Assembly: GCA_034430415.1 (NCBI GenBank)
Contig: DAOUEN010000069.1
Span: 1-61,990 of the forward strand
Direction of reading: 5' to 3'
Source: Dehalococcoidia bacterium
Lineage (GTDB): Bacteria > Chloroflexota > Dehalococcoidia > GIF9 > AB-539-J10
DNA length: 61,990 nt
The notes beneath the pieces were generated by a model. That model did not search any database, was not told where the DNA came from, and worked only from the letters and a program-made list of their open reading frames with translations. Of this stretch, positions 1-9,287 are shown piece after piece; within the stretch, counting starts at the first letter, position 1, and every line of letters begins with the position of its first letter. The position numbers and the translations under genes are program-made.

Positions 1-665
1 ACTCCAGTCCGCAGGAGTTGGTTCAGGTTGTCGCCGGGCATCCGCCGGAGACTCATCTCAAGGGACTGGAGATATTGCAGCAGCAACATGTGGTCGATGT
101 AAAGGAACAATCTGACGTAGTGGTGTATGGACTGGGCAACAATAGAGACCCGTATTCCAAGCTGTCAATTATAAATCCCATCCAGGTAAGGAATCTGGCG
201 ATGTCCTATAGCTATGGCCTTTTCCAGAACGTTCCCTTGGTGAGGCAAGGAGGCATAGTCATAATGTGCCACCCCTGTCAGAGACAGTTCCACCCCATCC
301 ATACGCCGTCCTACGTCGAGATGTTTGACAGGCTTATTCCCTACACCAAAGACCCGTTTGAGCTCTGGGAGCTTTATGCAGAGGAGTATGCCCACCGGCC
401 TGAGTTCGTCCACCAGTACAGATACGGCTATGCCTTCCATGGGGCCCACCCCTTGATTCTATGGGGGCAGGGTATCTACGGCCTGAAACACGTGGGGAAA
501 GTGTTCCTGGCGGGAGCAACCGACTTCGAAACGGCCGAAAGACTGGGTTTCGAGCCGTTTGCTTCGCTAGGGGAGGCAGTCGCTGAGGCAGAGAACCTGC
601 TGGGGAGCGGCTGCAGCATCACCTACCTCGATATGCCGGACAGCTTCATCTGCAACGTCGCGTAG
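1..665 (+). CDS. 3' part of a CDS open at the window edge; LarA/DUF2088-like C-terminal region (function tentative)
   Basis: Frame 3 is open from nt 3 to TAG 663-665. The listed ORF start at 18 is an internal TTG. Only a by-eye resemblance to LarA-family C-terminal halves. Confidence 0.45.
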   Translation, partial: SSPQELVQVVAGHPPETHLKGLEILQQQHVVDVKEQSDVVVYGLGNNRDPYSKLSIINPIQVRNLAMSYSYGLFQNVPLVRQGGIVIMCHPCQRQFHPIHTPSYVEMFDRLIPYTKDPFELWELYAEEYAHRPEFVHQYRYGYAFHGAHPLILWGQGIYGLKHVGKVFLAGATDFETAERLGFEPFASLGEAVAEAENLLGSGCSITYLDMPDSFICNVA

Positions 666-754
666 ATGGTCTGGCCATACCGTCTGCTGGAGGCGGGCGC
701 TATTGCTCCACTGGATATGGGGTAAGGACTACCGATTGCTAGTCGCTACATCAG

Positions 755-827
755 TGAGCCGCCTGGGACTCGAACCCAGAACCGGCTGATTAAGAGTCAG
801 CTGCTCTTCCAATTGAGCTAGCGGCCC
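755..827 (-). tRNA. tRNA-Lys (anticodon CTT)
   Basis: The reverse complement folds as a cloverleaf: acceptor GGGCCGC/GCGGCTC, D-arm GCTC-AATTGGAA-GAGC, anticodon loop CTCTTAA, T-loop TTCGAGT. No encoded CCA. Confidence 0.93.
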
Positions 828-883
828 AGAGATGGGCAGATTGTACCACTGAGCAGGGATGTACCACAAGGACATGGGTGAGA

Positions 884-916
884 AGCCTCCTCCTGCCTCA
901 GAGGCAGGAGGAGGCT
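884..916. terminator. 33-nt GC-rich perfect palindrome (possible bidirectional terminator or insulator)
   Basis: agcctcctcctgcctc-a-gaggcaggaggaggct, with perfectly complementary 16-nt arms. No U-tract. Confidence 0.35.
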
Positions 917-1006
917 AACCAAGGAGGTGAAAGAAAAGAGCGGGTTGGTATCGGAATAAGAAACCTTCTAACACCTAATATAACGGACGGAGTGGCTCCT
1001 GGTTTA

Positions 1007-1015
1007 TGGTAGAAT
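1007..1015 (+). promoter_or_regulatory. extended -10 element TGgTAGAAT upstream of lepB
   Basis: TGGTAGAAT ends 11 nt before the ATG at 1027. No Shine-Dalgarno sequence lies between them. Confidence 0.4.
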
Positions 1016-1026
1016 AGGCTCGGCGA

Positions 1027-1557
1027 ATGAGAATCCTCCGCGAAGCCGGTATAACAGTCCTCATAGCTATTGCTATCTTTGTCCCCCTCAGATGTACTGT
1101 GCAGGCATATGAGGTGCAATACTCGTGTATGCTGCCAAACATCGAAGAAGGCGATTGGATTATGGTAGTCAAAGCAAGCTACTTGCTCTCGACCCCTGAA
1201 AGGGGAGATGTTATCGTGTTTGATCCGGGTGACAATGTTGGTTCGAGGCACCCGTTCATCAAGCGAATCATCGGCCTGCCCGGTGAGACAGTGGAGATAA
1301 GAGATGGCCAGGTTTTCATTGATGATGCCCCCATAAATGAACCGTATGTCCTCCCAGAGCCGCCACGACGCAATAAGGACTTTGGGCCACAGAAGCTAGG
1401 TGCCAATGAGTACTTTGTCCTTGGGGACAACCGCAACAATGCCAATGATTCACGCTCCTGGGGCCCTGCCGTTCGGGAGAACATCATTGGCAAAGCCTGT
1501 TTCATTTATTTACCACTCGACAGGGCAGGGATTATAGGACACTCAGACTACCCATAG
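1027..1557 (+). CDS. lepB: signal peptidase I
   Basis: N-terminal TM segment, S-x-MLP serine box, GDVIVF, KRIIGLPGE and VLGDNRNNSNDSR-type boxes typical of the S26 family. Confidence 0.92.
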   Translation: MRILREAGITVLIAIAIFVPLRCTVQAYEVQYSCMLPNIEEGDWIMVVKASYLLSTPERGDVIVFDPGDNVGSRHPFIKRIIGLPGETVEIRDGQVFIDDAPINEPYVLPEPPRRNKDFGPQKLGANEYFVLGDNRNNANDSRSWGPAVRENIIGKACFIYLPLDRAGIIGHSDYP

Positions 1558-1610
1558 TCGGTAATAGCGGCTGGTTACGTCACCCGAGTCTCGCGCGTCG
1601 GAGGTACAGC

Positions 1611-2192
1611 ATGAACGATGAGGTGATGTGTATCTTCAAGGAGGCAGGCGTCCTGAGGGAAGGTCATTTCCTGCTTTCTTCCGGACTACACTCGCCTGTG
1701 TACTGGGAGAAATTTCGCCTCCTGCAATATCCGCATTACACCGGCACACTGTGTGGCCTTATCGCTGACCATTTCAGAGACCAGGGAATCGACTTGGTTG
1801 CCGGACCGACCACCGGCGGCATTATACTGGCCTTCGAAACCGCTCGTCAGATGGGAGTGAGAAGCGTCTTCGCCGAGAAGGAAGGAGAAAGGAGGATTTT
1901 CCGCCGCGACTTCGAAATAGCTCCTGGTGAGAGAGTCCTCCTTGTTGACGATATACTCACCACCGGGGGCTCTATTCGAGACACCATGAACGCTGTTGGT
2001 ACGCTTGGTGGTGTTATTGTGGGCATAGGGGTACTCGTTGACCGCAGCCAAGAACAAGTGGATCTTGGCATAGCTCTGTTTAGCTGCCTCCGCGCTCCTG
2101 CCATTGTCTATACGCCAGAAGAATGTCCTCTATGCACTGCTCGTGTGCCTTTGACTAAGCCTGGTGGTATCAGGCATCCCCAAAAAGCCTGA
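1611..2192 (+). CDS. pyrE: orotate phosphoribosyltransferase
   Basis: GHFLLSSGLHS N-terminus and VLLVDDILTTGGS PRPP-binding loop. Confidence 0.9.
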   Translation: MNDEVMCIFKEAGVLREGHFLLSSGLHSPVYWEKFRLLQYPHYTGTLCGLIADHFRDQGIDLVAGPTTGGIILAFETARQMGVRSVFAEKEGERRIFRRDFEIAPGERVLLVDDILTTGGSIRDTMNAVGTLGGVIVGIGVLVDRSQEQVDLGIALFSCLRAPAIVYTPEECPLCTARVPLTKPGGIRHPQKA

Positions 2193-2356
2193 AGCTGCAA
2201 GCATTGTGAGTGGTGGCTTGAGAGCCTCAGCCAGCGTGGGGTATATCTGCCAACAGCCTTTTCATCTGGTGAAACATGTGCTATAAAAGGACATCACCAT
2301 TATTGCGCTGGTCAACTCACTGCTTAGCATAGAAACATGTGTGAGGTGAAGTCTTG

Positions 2357-2641
2357 ATGGCAGCGGAAAGGCCTTGGCTGAGATTCACTGAGGAGAACGT
2401 TGATAGGGTGCCTGACGCGCAGGGCGTGTATGAAATTGCGTACGTTACGACTGAGGGGAAGAAGCTCTGGCGTCTTGGCAAGACTCCCAATCTGCATAGG
2501 AGACTGTCAACACGACTCCATAGTCCAGAGCCACCTGAAAACTCATACTTCAGATACTATGAAGCGGGATTATCCGAAGACGTTGATATGTTGGAGGCTG
2601 AACTCTTCGATAGCTATAAGAGGCCATCCCGGCAAGTATGA
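2357..2641 (+). CDS. small GIY-YIG-like domain protein (hypothetical)
   Basis: GAGGTGA lies 7 nt upstream of ATG 2357. The motif GVYEI-x13-WRLGKTPNLHRRL followed by LEAELF resembles a GIY...YIG..R..E nuclease core. Confidence 0.5.
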   Translation: MAAERPWLRFTEENVDRVPDAQGVYEIAYVTTEGKKLWRLGKTPNLHRRLSTRLHSPEPPENSYFRYYEAGLSEDVDMLEAELFDSYKRPSRQV

Positions 2642-2716
2642 AATTCCGAGGCTGCGAGGCTATGATGCCGTTTACTGGGACCAAGCCTCTGAGTCCTCGT
2701 GGAGGGTAGGAACAGA

Positions 2717-2953
2717 ATGAGGATCTATACAATGACCGACAAAGGGCGAATTGCATTCAGTGCCATAAGGCAGGAACCGACGAAGGTCGTGACCAACGAG
2801 CCAGGGTATCGTGTCCTCCATTACCTGTACGAGGTACAGACAGGCAGTATGGAGGACATAGCTCTGGACACGGGGCTGCCCCGAAAAGAACTGGCCTTGA
2901 GGTTGCGAAGTTACCTGAAGCAGGGTCTGGTCAAGCTCTTGATAGATCTGTGA
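2717..2953 (+). CDS. small putative winged-helix DNA-binding protein (hypothetical)
   Basis: GGAGGG lies 10 nt upstream of ATG 2717. The segment GSMEDIALDTGLPRKELALRLRSYLKQGLV looks like an HTH recognition unit. The ORF could extend to 2699. Confidence 0.45.
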   Translation: MRIYTMTDKGRIAFSAIRQEPTKVVTNEPGYRVLHYLYEVQTGSMEDIALDTGLPRKELALRLRSYLKQGLVKLLIDL

Positions 2954-3046
2954 GTTTGCAGAGAGGACGAGCCAGCAAGGTTGTATACCGAGCAGTCAAG
3001 CTTCTGAGATTGACCAAAGGCCATTGCTATGCTAGATTTCACCCGT

Positions 3047-3119
<73 letters not shown>

Positions 3120-3143
3120 TTCATCCGTGGTGAATGGTCGGGC

Positions 3144-3175
3144 AACCGGCTTGCCGAAGTTGGCAATGGCCGGTT
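3144..3175. terminator. compound hairpin between convergent tRNA-Phe and the surface-protein gene
   Basis: aaccggc-ttgcc-gaagtt-ggcaa-tg-gccggtt. Weak U-tract. Confidence 0.3.
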
Positions 3176-4938
3176 TACCGGTAGGACCATCTCTTCCACA
3201 TCATGAAGCAAGTGTAACCGAGAGGCAAGACGATAATGCTAACGATCAGCACCTGGGCCCAGGCAGGTAGCTTAGAAAAGGACAGCCCAACATGGAATGA
3301 GTCTACCGCGCTGGTGGTCTCGTTGCCAGCACCGTCTACTGCCTTCACTCTCCAATAGTATGGCGCTTCCTTCTTGGTGGACTCGAGCTTCTCTTCTTCG
3401 GTGAGAAGATACTCTGATGCTGAAAGGCCGACCTTCTCCAGGACGATGGAGTTGCGCGAGAACTGGCCATGGCTGGCGATCTGGAGCGTATAGGTCACGC
3501 CGCTCGGGTCGGTGACAGCTTCCCAATCAAAGTAGGCTCTGGAGCTGGCTCTAGCCGCCGTTTCAGGTGTCAGCAATGATGGGATGGGTGGAGGTGCTGA
3601 CTCCACAGCAAATGTCGCTGTGGCTGTATTCGTGTCATCGCTAGCGGTGATAGGGTGTTCACCGTGCCTGCCCGGAGGAATAACAAAGGTAACGGAGAAT
3701 TCACCGTTCGCGTTACTAGCTGTGGTTGCGACTGTCACCCGCTCTAGGGTGTAGGTCACGGTGATACTAGCATCGGCTTGAAACCCACTGCCGGCTACGG
3801 TTACTTCGCTGCCTACGTTTCCGGCTGCATGGCTGAGCTTGATGTTACAAGCTATCAGGAAGGCCGCTGTGTCTTTGTTCTTATCCCCATCCCTTGCCTG
3901 TATCTCATACGTGCCAGCGCTCCTCATTGGCACAGGAAAGCTGACTTCAAAGCCGCCGTACTTGTCAGCTTCAGTTGCCGCTGTCTCATCCCCATCGAAA
4001 GTGATGGCGACGTCACTTCTTGAGCCAAACCCTGTACCTGCGACGGTCATGACATCGGCGCATGTCCCCTTCACTGCTACAATAGCTATCTTCGGTGTCA
4101 CAGTGAAGGGCAGGTCGGCTTCGTTCCCCGATTGGTCGGTCGCCGCTATGGTGTGTTTGCCAGCAGGACTCTCAGGAATGATGATGCTGCACTTGAACTC
4201 ACCATCCCGGTCGGTCTTCTCAGTACCCCCCATCACTGCAATATCGCAGCCATCGTACTCAATAGTTATTTCGTCGGCTGGGGCGAAGTCGGCACCGGTG
4301 ATATCAACATTGGTACCGACAGGGCCGTCAGCGAGGTCAAGCTCAATCTCACAAGCGATCACGGTGCATTCGGCGACACCTTCGATGCGGCTTTCACCAG
4401 CCCTGGTGACATACACATAGTGTGTGCCGCGGTGGACATCCTCCTCTTCTCGGCCATCGGCAAGCTCATCGGGTATGAGAAACCGGGTACTGAACTCACC
4501 GTGCTCGTCCACCAGCAGTCCTGATTTAACGCCTTCGTAGATAGTGATCTCAGAGCCAATCTCATCATCAAGCTCGGCTTCCTGCCTGGAGAAGTAAATA
4601 TCGACCATAGAGTAGTCTTCTGACCCAGGAGCGAAATCGCTTGGAGGAAAACCAGTGCCATCAACATAAAGCCAAGAATCGATCTCGCCTTCCATGGGAT
4701 AGAGTTCTGTCTCTCTTGCTGCCAGAGCTACTGGGGCAGCGGCTGCAGCCGCCAATACGGACAGGACAAGAGCGACTGGCAAGACGCGGGGGACTCTACT
4801 GCTCACCGACTTCGTCAACGGCGCTATTATAGCCTTTTCTCCCCCTATGATACGAGTATCCTGCGAGAGTCCGTAACAGAAGACCAGGATCCGGCAAACC
4901 CAGTGTGGCAAATAGCCTATGCGGGGCAGAGAAGCCAA
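3175..4938 (-). CDS. secreted, C-terminally membrane-anchored surface protein with tandem Ig-like (IPT/TIG-like) repeats and one FN3-like domain
   Basis: Signal-peptide-like RVPRVLPVALVLSVLAAAAAAPVALAA. At least 3 repeats of about 85 aa (VGTNVDITGADF.., VMTVAGTGFGS.., VGSEVTVAGSGFQ..). FN3-like YFDWEAVTDPSGVTYTLQI...YYWRVKAVD, then a terminal TM helix plus KRWSYR. The true start is probably internal (TTG 4818 or GTG 4806). Confidence 0.8.
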   Translation of the reverse strand: MASLPRIGYLPHWVCRILVFCYGLSQDTRIIGGEKAIIAPLTKSVSSRVPRVLPVALVLSVLAAAAAAPVALAARETELYPMEGEIDSWLYVDGTGFPPSDFAPGSEDYSMVDIYFSRQEAELDDEIGSEITIYEGVKSGLLVDEHGEFSTRFLIPDELADGREEEDVHRGTHYVYVTRAGESRIEGVAECTVIACEIELDLADGPVGTNVDITGADFAPADEITIEYDGCDIAVMGGTEKTDRDGEFKCSIIIPESPAGKHTIAATDQSGNEADLPFTVTPKIAIVAVKGTCADVMTVAGTGFGSRSDVAITFDGDETAATEADKYGGFEVSFPVPMRSAGTYEIQARDGDKNKDTAAFLIACNIKLSHAAGNVGSEVTVAGSGFQADASITVTYTLERVTVATTASNANGEFSVTFVIPPGRHGEHPITASDDTNTATATFAVESAPPPIPSLLTPETAARASSRAYFDWEAVTDPSGVTYTLQIASHGQFSRNSIVLEKVGLSASEYLLTEEEKLESTKKEAPYYWRVKAVDGAGNETTSAVDSFHVGLSFSKLPAWAQVLIVSIIVLPLGYTCFMMWKRWSYR

Positions 4939-4978
4939 GAATACCCGTACTTAGGAAAGGGTAGTTCGCCAGCAGCAA

Positions 4979-5007
4979 TTGCGTGATTCGAATGGCGATG
5001 ATACAAT
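4979..5007 (+). promoter_or_regulatory. candidate sigma70-type promoter TTGCGT-17-TACAAT upstream of the tRNA-Leu/Gln/Asn cluster
   Basis: Hexamers at 4979-4984 and 5002-5007 with a 17-nt spacer. Confidence 0.4.
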
Positions 5008-5128
5008 TTTGATTCGTGACAACGAATTGCGTGATCACGAGATTTCGGGAAATTACTCAGCACCTGAATAGGGTTGTGGCCACTGGCAGTCGAACGTGCC
5101 GGCAGTCCCAAAGTAGTTCGCAGGCTTC

Positions 5129-5216
5129 GCCGAAGTGGCGGAATGGTAGACGCGGCAGTCTCAAAAACTGTTGGGAGGTAACTCCCGTGTCGGTTCGAGT
5201 CCGACCTTCGGCACCA
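5129..5216 (+). tRNA. tRNA-Leu (anticodon CAA), class II long variable arm, CCA encoded
   Basis: Acceptor GCCGAAG/CTTCGGC, anticodon loop CTCAAAA, variable-arm hairpin gggaggtaactccc, T-loop TTCGAGT. Confidence 0.93.
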
Positions 5217-5223
5217 AGTTCAG

Positions 5224-5297
5224 TGCCGGGTTGTGTAGCGGTAGCACGGAGGACTTTGGATCCTCTAGCCCTGGTTCGAATCCAGGCCCGGCAGCCA
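5224..5297 (+). tRNA. tRNA-Gln (anticodon TTG), CCA encoded
   Basis: Acceptor TGCCGGG/CCCGGCA, anticodon loop CTTTGGA, T-loop TTCGAAT. Confidence 0.92.
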
Positions 5298-5403
5298 AAA
5301 TTAATTCAGAAGGTAGCTCAATGGCCGTGGATTTATCCTGACCTCCTACTCCATAGCAGCGGTATACACCAGCTGCAGGCAGGAGGCTGTTTAACCACAT
5401 ACA

Positions 5404-5478
5404 TTCCCGAGTAGCTCAATGGTAGAGCAGGCGGCTGTTAACCGTCTGGTTGTAGGTTCGAGCCCTACCTCGGGAGCC
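5404..5478 (+). tRNA. tRNA-Asn (anticodon GTT), CCA encoded
   Basis: Acceptor TCCCGAG/CTCGGGA, anticodon loop CTGTTAA, T-loop TTCGAGC. Confidence 0.92.
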
Positions 5479-5537
5479 ACCAATCCCAGTTCCATTGGTA
5501 CAGTGCCGAGCGAACCTGCACCATAGGCTAGTTCAGA

Positions 5538-5566
5538 TTGACATTGGGTTCACTCTAGTTTATACT
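5538..5566 (+). promoter_or_regulatory. near-consensus promoter TTGACA-17-TATACT for the tRNA-Thr/Tyr/Thr-tuf unit
   Basis: TTGACA 5538-5543, 17-nt spacer, TATACT 5561-5566. The first tRNA starts at 5582. Confidence 0.6.
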
Positions 5567-5581
5567 ACAAACCCAAAAACT

Positions 5582-5654
5582 GCCCGAGTGGCGCAATGGT
5601 AGCGCAACCGATTTGTAATCGGTAGGTTAGCGGGTTCGAATCCCCTCTCGGGCT
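5582..5654 (+). tRNA. tRNA-Thr (anticodon TGT)
   Basis: Acceptor GCCCGAG/CTCGGGC, D-arm GCGC-AATGGTA-GCGC, anticodon loop TTTGTAA. One mismatch in the T-stem. No CCA. Confidence 0.85.
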
Positions 5655-5693
5655 GGTTAGAGTTTTCCCAGCTTGTGTGGTAAACTGGAGCCG

Positions 5694-5780
5694 GGAGGGG
5701 TGCCGGAGTGGTTAATCGGAGCAGTCTGTAAAATTGCCGCCCGTTGGGCTTCGTAGGTTCGAATCCTACCCCCTCCACCA
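5694..5780 (+). tRNA. tRNA-Tyr (anticodon GTA), long variable arm, CCA encoded
   Basis: Acceptor GGAGGGG/CCCCTCC, anticodon loop CTGTAAA, T-loop TTCGAAT. Confidence 0.93.
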
Positions 5781-5795
5781 CAGGTGGCAACACAG

Positions 5796-5868
5796 GCCCA
5801 CATAGCTCAGTTGGTAGAGCACGTTCTTGGTAAGAACGGGGTCACCAGTTCGAATCTGGTTGTGGGCT
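5796..5868 (+). tRNA. tRNA-Thr (anticodon GGT)
   Basis: Acceptor GCCCACA/TGTGGGC, anticodon loop TTGGTAA, T-loop TTCGAAT. No CCA. Confidence 0.93.
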
Positions 5869-5894
5869 TTTGAGATTGAAGGAGGTTAAGGCAA

Positions 5895-7103
5895 ATGGCA
5901 AAGAAGGGCTTCGAGCGTGCAAGGGAACATATCAATGTGGGCACTATAGGTCATGTTGACCATGGCAAGACCACACTGACCTCTGCAATGACTATGGTTC
6001 TGTCCAAAGCAAACATAGGCTATAGTAACTATCGCGCCTTCGAAAGCATAGACAATGCTCCTGAAGAGAAAGCTCGAGGATTGACTATTGCCATAACTCA
6101 TCTTGAATATGAAACGGAGAAGCGGCACTATTGCCACGTTGATTGCCCGGGGCACGCTGACTATATCAAGAATATGATAACCGGGGCGGCCCAAATGGAC
6201 GGAGCTGTCCTAGTGGTAGCCGCTGATGACGGTCCGATGCCGCAGACCAGGGAACACATCCTCTTGGCCCGACAAGTGCAAGTCCCTTATATGTTGGTGG
6301 CTCTCAACAAGGTTGATCTGATGGAAGACCCTGAGCTACTGGAGTTGGTGGAGGTAGAGGTAAGAGACCTTCTAAAGAAATACGGCTTCCCCGCTGATGA
6401 CATGCCTGTGGTCCATGTGAGCGCTCTGAAGGCCCTGGAATGCGGCTGTGGCAAGAGAGAGTGTGAATGGTGCGGGAAGATATGGAACCTGCTAGACGCC
6501 ATGGACAAGTATATCCCCACGCCGAAAAGAGACAAGGACAAGCCATTCTTGATGCCTGTCGAGGATGTGTTCAGCATCAAAGGCAGGGGAACCGTGCCCA
6601 CGGGGAGGGTCGAGCGTGGCGTGCTCAAGGCTGGTGATGAGGTGGAGATAGTGGGGTTGAAAGATACCAGAAAGGCAGTGGCTGTCAGCCTGGAGATGTT
6701 CCATAAGTTTCTGGAAAGCGTAGAGGCCGGTGACGCCGTTGGAGTGCTACTGCGGGGTGTGGATCGCGATGAGATAGACAGAGGACAGATATTGGCAGCA
6801 CCGGGAACGGTCAAGCCCCATACCGAAGCTGAGACTGAGGTCTACATACTCACAAAAGAGGAAGGTGGCAGACACACTCCCTTCTTCACCGGCTACAAGC
6901 CCCAGTTCTTTATCTGGACTGCCGATATTACCGGTGAGATAGCGCTTCCCGAAGGAGTGGAGATGGCTATGCCGGGTGATAGTCTGACACATATGAACAT
7001 CAAGACTATCTATCCTGTGGCGATGGAAGCGGGCCAGCGCTTCGCAATCAGAGAGGGTGGCAAAACGGTCGGGGCCGGTGTAATCACCAAAGTATCCAAA
7101 TAG
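5895..7103 (+). CDS. tuf: elongation factor Tu
   Basis: [18 protein letters not shown] and NKVD G-motifs. GAAGGAGG RBS. Carries an unusual CxC-x4-CxxC insertion (see findings). Confidence 0.98.
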   Translation: MAKKGFERAREHINVGTIGHVDHGKTTLTSAMTMVLSKANIGYSNYRAFESIDNAPEEKARGLTIAITHLEYETEKRHYCHVDCPGHADYIKNMITGAAQMDGAVLVVAADDGPMPQTREHILLARQVQVPYMLVALNKVDLMEDPELLELVEVEVRDLLKKYGFPADDMPVVHVSALKALECGCGKRECEWCGKIWNLLDAMDKYIPTPKRDKDKPFLMPVEDVFSIKGRGTVPTGRVERGVLKAGDEVEIVGLKDTRKAVAVSLEMFHKFLESVEAGDAVGVLLRGVDRDEIDRGQILAAPGTVKPHTEAETEVYILTKEEGGRHTPFFTGYKPQFFIWTADITGEIALPEGVEMAMPGDSLTHMNIKTIYPVAMEAGQRFAIREGGKTVGAGVITKVSK

Positions 7104-7105
7104 AC

Positions 7106-7276
7106 ATGGCCAAGAAGAAAGGGGATCTACGCACGATTATTCATCTGGCGTGTAGTCAATGTCGCGAAAGAACGTATACCAGCACCAAGAACAAGAAGAA
7201 CGACCCTCAGAAACTGGAACTGAAGAAGTACTGCCCTAATTGCCATACTCATACTCTACATCGAGAAGCGAAATAG
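7106..7276 (+). CDS. rpmG: 50S ribosomal protein L33 (zinc-ribbon C+ form); below the ORF-track size cutoff
   Basis: Hand translation gives [56 protein letters not shown] (56 aa). It occupies the canonical position between tuf and secE. Confidence 0.9.
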   Translation: MAKKKGDLRTIIHLACSQCRERTYTSTKNKKNDPQKLELKKYCPNCHTHTLHREAK

Positions 7277-7279
7277 TAC

Positions 7280-7522
7280 ATGACGAGCCGTGCCAAGAAG
7301 GCCAAGGCCGCCAAGCCTGTAGCTGTCCCAAGCAAGAAGAGGTCAAGGCTGAGTTTCTTCCCTGAAGCTATTGGAGAGCTCAGAAAGGCACGCTGGCCGA
7401 CAAGACAAGAGGCGACAAGACTGAGCATCATGGTTTTTGTCGTGTGCACCTTCGTGGGAGCAATGCTGGCTGTTATAGACTACGGGTTCACCAAAGTTCT
7501 CTATTTGGTCCTAGGCGGTTGA
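7280..7522 (+). CDS. secE: preprotein translocase subunit SecE
   Basis: Basic N-terminus, FFPEAIGELRKARWPTRQE motif, single C-terminal TM helix. Located in the rpmG-secE-nusG context. Confidence 0.9.
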   Translation: MTSRAKKAKAAKPVAVPSKKRSRLSFFPEAIGELRKARWPTRQEATRLSIMVFVVCTFVGAMLAVIDYGFTKVLYLVLGG

Positions 7523-7525
7523 TGG

Positions 7526-8056
7526 ATGACGACTGATGGTCACTGGTACCTGTTGTATGTATCTTCAGGACATGAAGATCGAGCGCAAAGGAACCTGAAG
7601 CATCGTATAAAATACATGGACGCGGGGGACAAGATCTTCGACGTAGTGGTACCCAAGACCAACGAGATTGAAATCAAAGGCGGAAAACGACGCACGGTAA
7701 GCAGGAAAGCATTCCCCGGTTACATCATGGTACATATGGACTTGGATGAACATACTTGGGACATAGTCCGCAACACGCCCGGTGTTGCCGGCTTTGTCAG
7801 CACCGGTCTCAAGCCAGTGCCTCTGGCTGAAGATGAGGCAAATACCATCCTGAAGCGAATGGAGGAGATTCCCAGTGAGGTCAGTGTGGCTTTCAAGAAG
7901 GGGGATAGCGTGCGTGTGACGAGTGGGCCTTTTATTGACTTCATTGGGAAGATCGAGGAAGTCAACATGGACAAGGGGAAAGCAGTTGTGTCCTTGTCCC
8001 TTTTCGGCCGAGAAACACCCGTGGAACTGGATTTCCTGACGGTGGAGAAGATATAG
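7526..8056 (+). CDS. nusG: transcription termination/antitermination factor NusG
   Basis: WY.LYV..G.E NGN start, FPGYIMV, KOW motif [11 protein letters not shown]. Confidence 0.95.
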   Translation: MTTDGHWYLLYVSSGHEDRAQRNLKHRIKYMDAGDKIFDVVVPKTNEIEIKGGKRRTVSRKAFPGYIMVHMDLDEHTWDIVRNTPGVAGFVSTGLKPVPLAEDEANTILKRMEEIPSEVSVAFKKGDSVRVTSGPFIDFIGKIEEVNMDKGKAVVSLSLFGRETPVELDFLTVEKI

Positions 8057-8091
8057 CATAATTCTCCGAGCAGTTAGGGAGGCGTTGCAAC

Positions 8092-8541
8092 ATGGCCAAG
8101 AAAGTTAAGACCATCATCAAGCTACAAATACCAGCGGGGAAGGCTACCCCGGCACCACCTATCGGGCCTGCCTTAGGACAACATGGTGTAAATATCATGG
8201 CATTCTGCAAGGAGTATAATGGCCGAACCGCTTCCCAGGACGGATTTATCGTTCCGGCCGAAATAACCGTCTACGTGGATCGATCATTTACTTTTGTGAC
8301 GAAGATGCCTCCTGTCTCCGACTTGCTGCGCCGCACGCTGGGAGTGGAAAAGGGCAGTGGCAACGCCAAGCAGGAGAAAATAGGGAGACTATCTAGGGAC
8401 AAAATCCGGGAGATCGCTCAGACCAAGATGAAGGATCTCAATACCGCAGACATCAATATGGCGACGAGGATCATCGAGGGCACATGCCGTAGCATGGGAG
8501 TGGAGGTAGAACAGGCTAGTAGCGGGGGCGAGAGTACATAG
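8092..8541 (+). CDS. rplK: 50S ribosomal protein L11
   Basis: [34 protein letters not shown]. Confidence 0.97.
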   Translation: MAKKVKTIIKLQIPAGKATPAPPIGPALGQHGVNIMAFCKEYNGRTASQDGFIVPAEITVYVDRSFTFVTKMPPVSDLLRRTLGVEKGSGNAKQEKIGRLSRDKIREIAQTKMKDLNTADINMATRIIEGTCRSMGVEVEQASSGGEST

Positions 8542-8563
8542 GGAGTCGCCAAGAGGCAGATAG

Positions 8564-9274
8564 ATGACAAGACACGGCAAGAAGTATCAGGAAGCCAACA
8601 AGCTTATCGATAGGTCGAGAGCTTACTCTCCAGAAGAGGCAATCGAGTTGACGAAGCAGATTGCCTATGCGAGCTTTGACGAGACTGTCGAACTGCATCT
8701 CAAGATGGGTGTCAACCCGCGGAGTGCTGATCAGCAGGTACGCGGCGTAGCGCTGTTGCCTCATGGTTTGGGAAAGACAATCCGCGTGCTCGTTTTTGCT
8801 CAAGGAGAGCCAATGAAACTGGCAGAGGAGGCTGGAGCTAACTACGTCGGTGGAGATGAGCTCATCAAGCAGATCGAGGATGGCTGGGTGGAGTTCGACG
8901 TGGCCATGGCCACCTCTGACATGATGCCGAAAGTAGCCAAGCTCGGCCGCATCCTGGGAAGGCGAGGACTGATGCCTAATCCGAAATCCGGTACTGTGGT
9001 GCCGCCTCAGGATATACCAAGGGCTATAAAGGAAGCACGCCAGGGGAGAGCGGAATTCCGGCTTGACAGAACAGCTATCATTCATCTGCCTATAGGGAAG
9101 GTTAGCTTTGAGAACGATAAGCTTGTGGATAACTTGGGAGCAGTGATCGAGGCCATAGTCAAAGCCAAGCCCAGCGGCGCCAAAGGGCAATATATCAAGA
9201 GCATCTCGCTCTGTAGCACTATGGGCGCAGGATTGAAAGTGGACGTCAGATCAGCACTTGCCTTGGCTGCTTAG
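8564..9274 (+). CDS. rplA: 50S ribosomal protein L1
   Basis: [16 protein letters not shown]...QVRG and [14 protein letters not shown] motifs. Confidence 0.97.
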   Translation: MTRHGKKYQEANKLIDRSRAYSPEEAIELTKQIAYASFDETVELHLKMGVNPRSADQQVRGVALLPHGLGKTIRVLVFAQGEPMKLAEEAGANYVGGDELIKQIEDGWVEFDVAMATSDMMPKVAKLGRILGRRGLMPNPKSGTVVPPQDIPRAIKEARQGRAEFRLDRTAIIHLPIGKVSFENDKLVDNLGAVIEAIVKAKPSGAKGQYIKSISLCSTMGAGLKVDVRSALALAA

Positions 9275-9287
9275 CTGATGCGTAGAC

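Noticed and set aside
5298-5403. tRNA-like fragment (ggtagctcaatgg..., resembling the tRNA-Asn D-arm) between tRNA-Gln and tRNA-Asn.
   Set aside because: There is no T-arm (no GTTCRA), no acceptor pairing and no anticodon stem. At most it is a decayed tRNA remnant.
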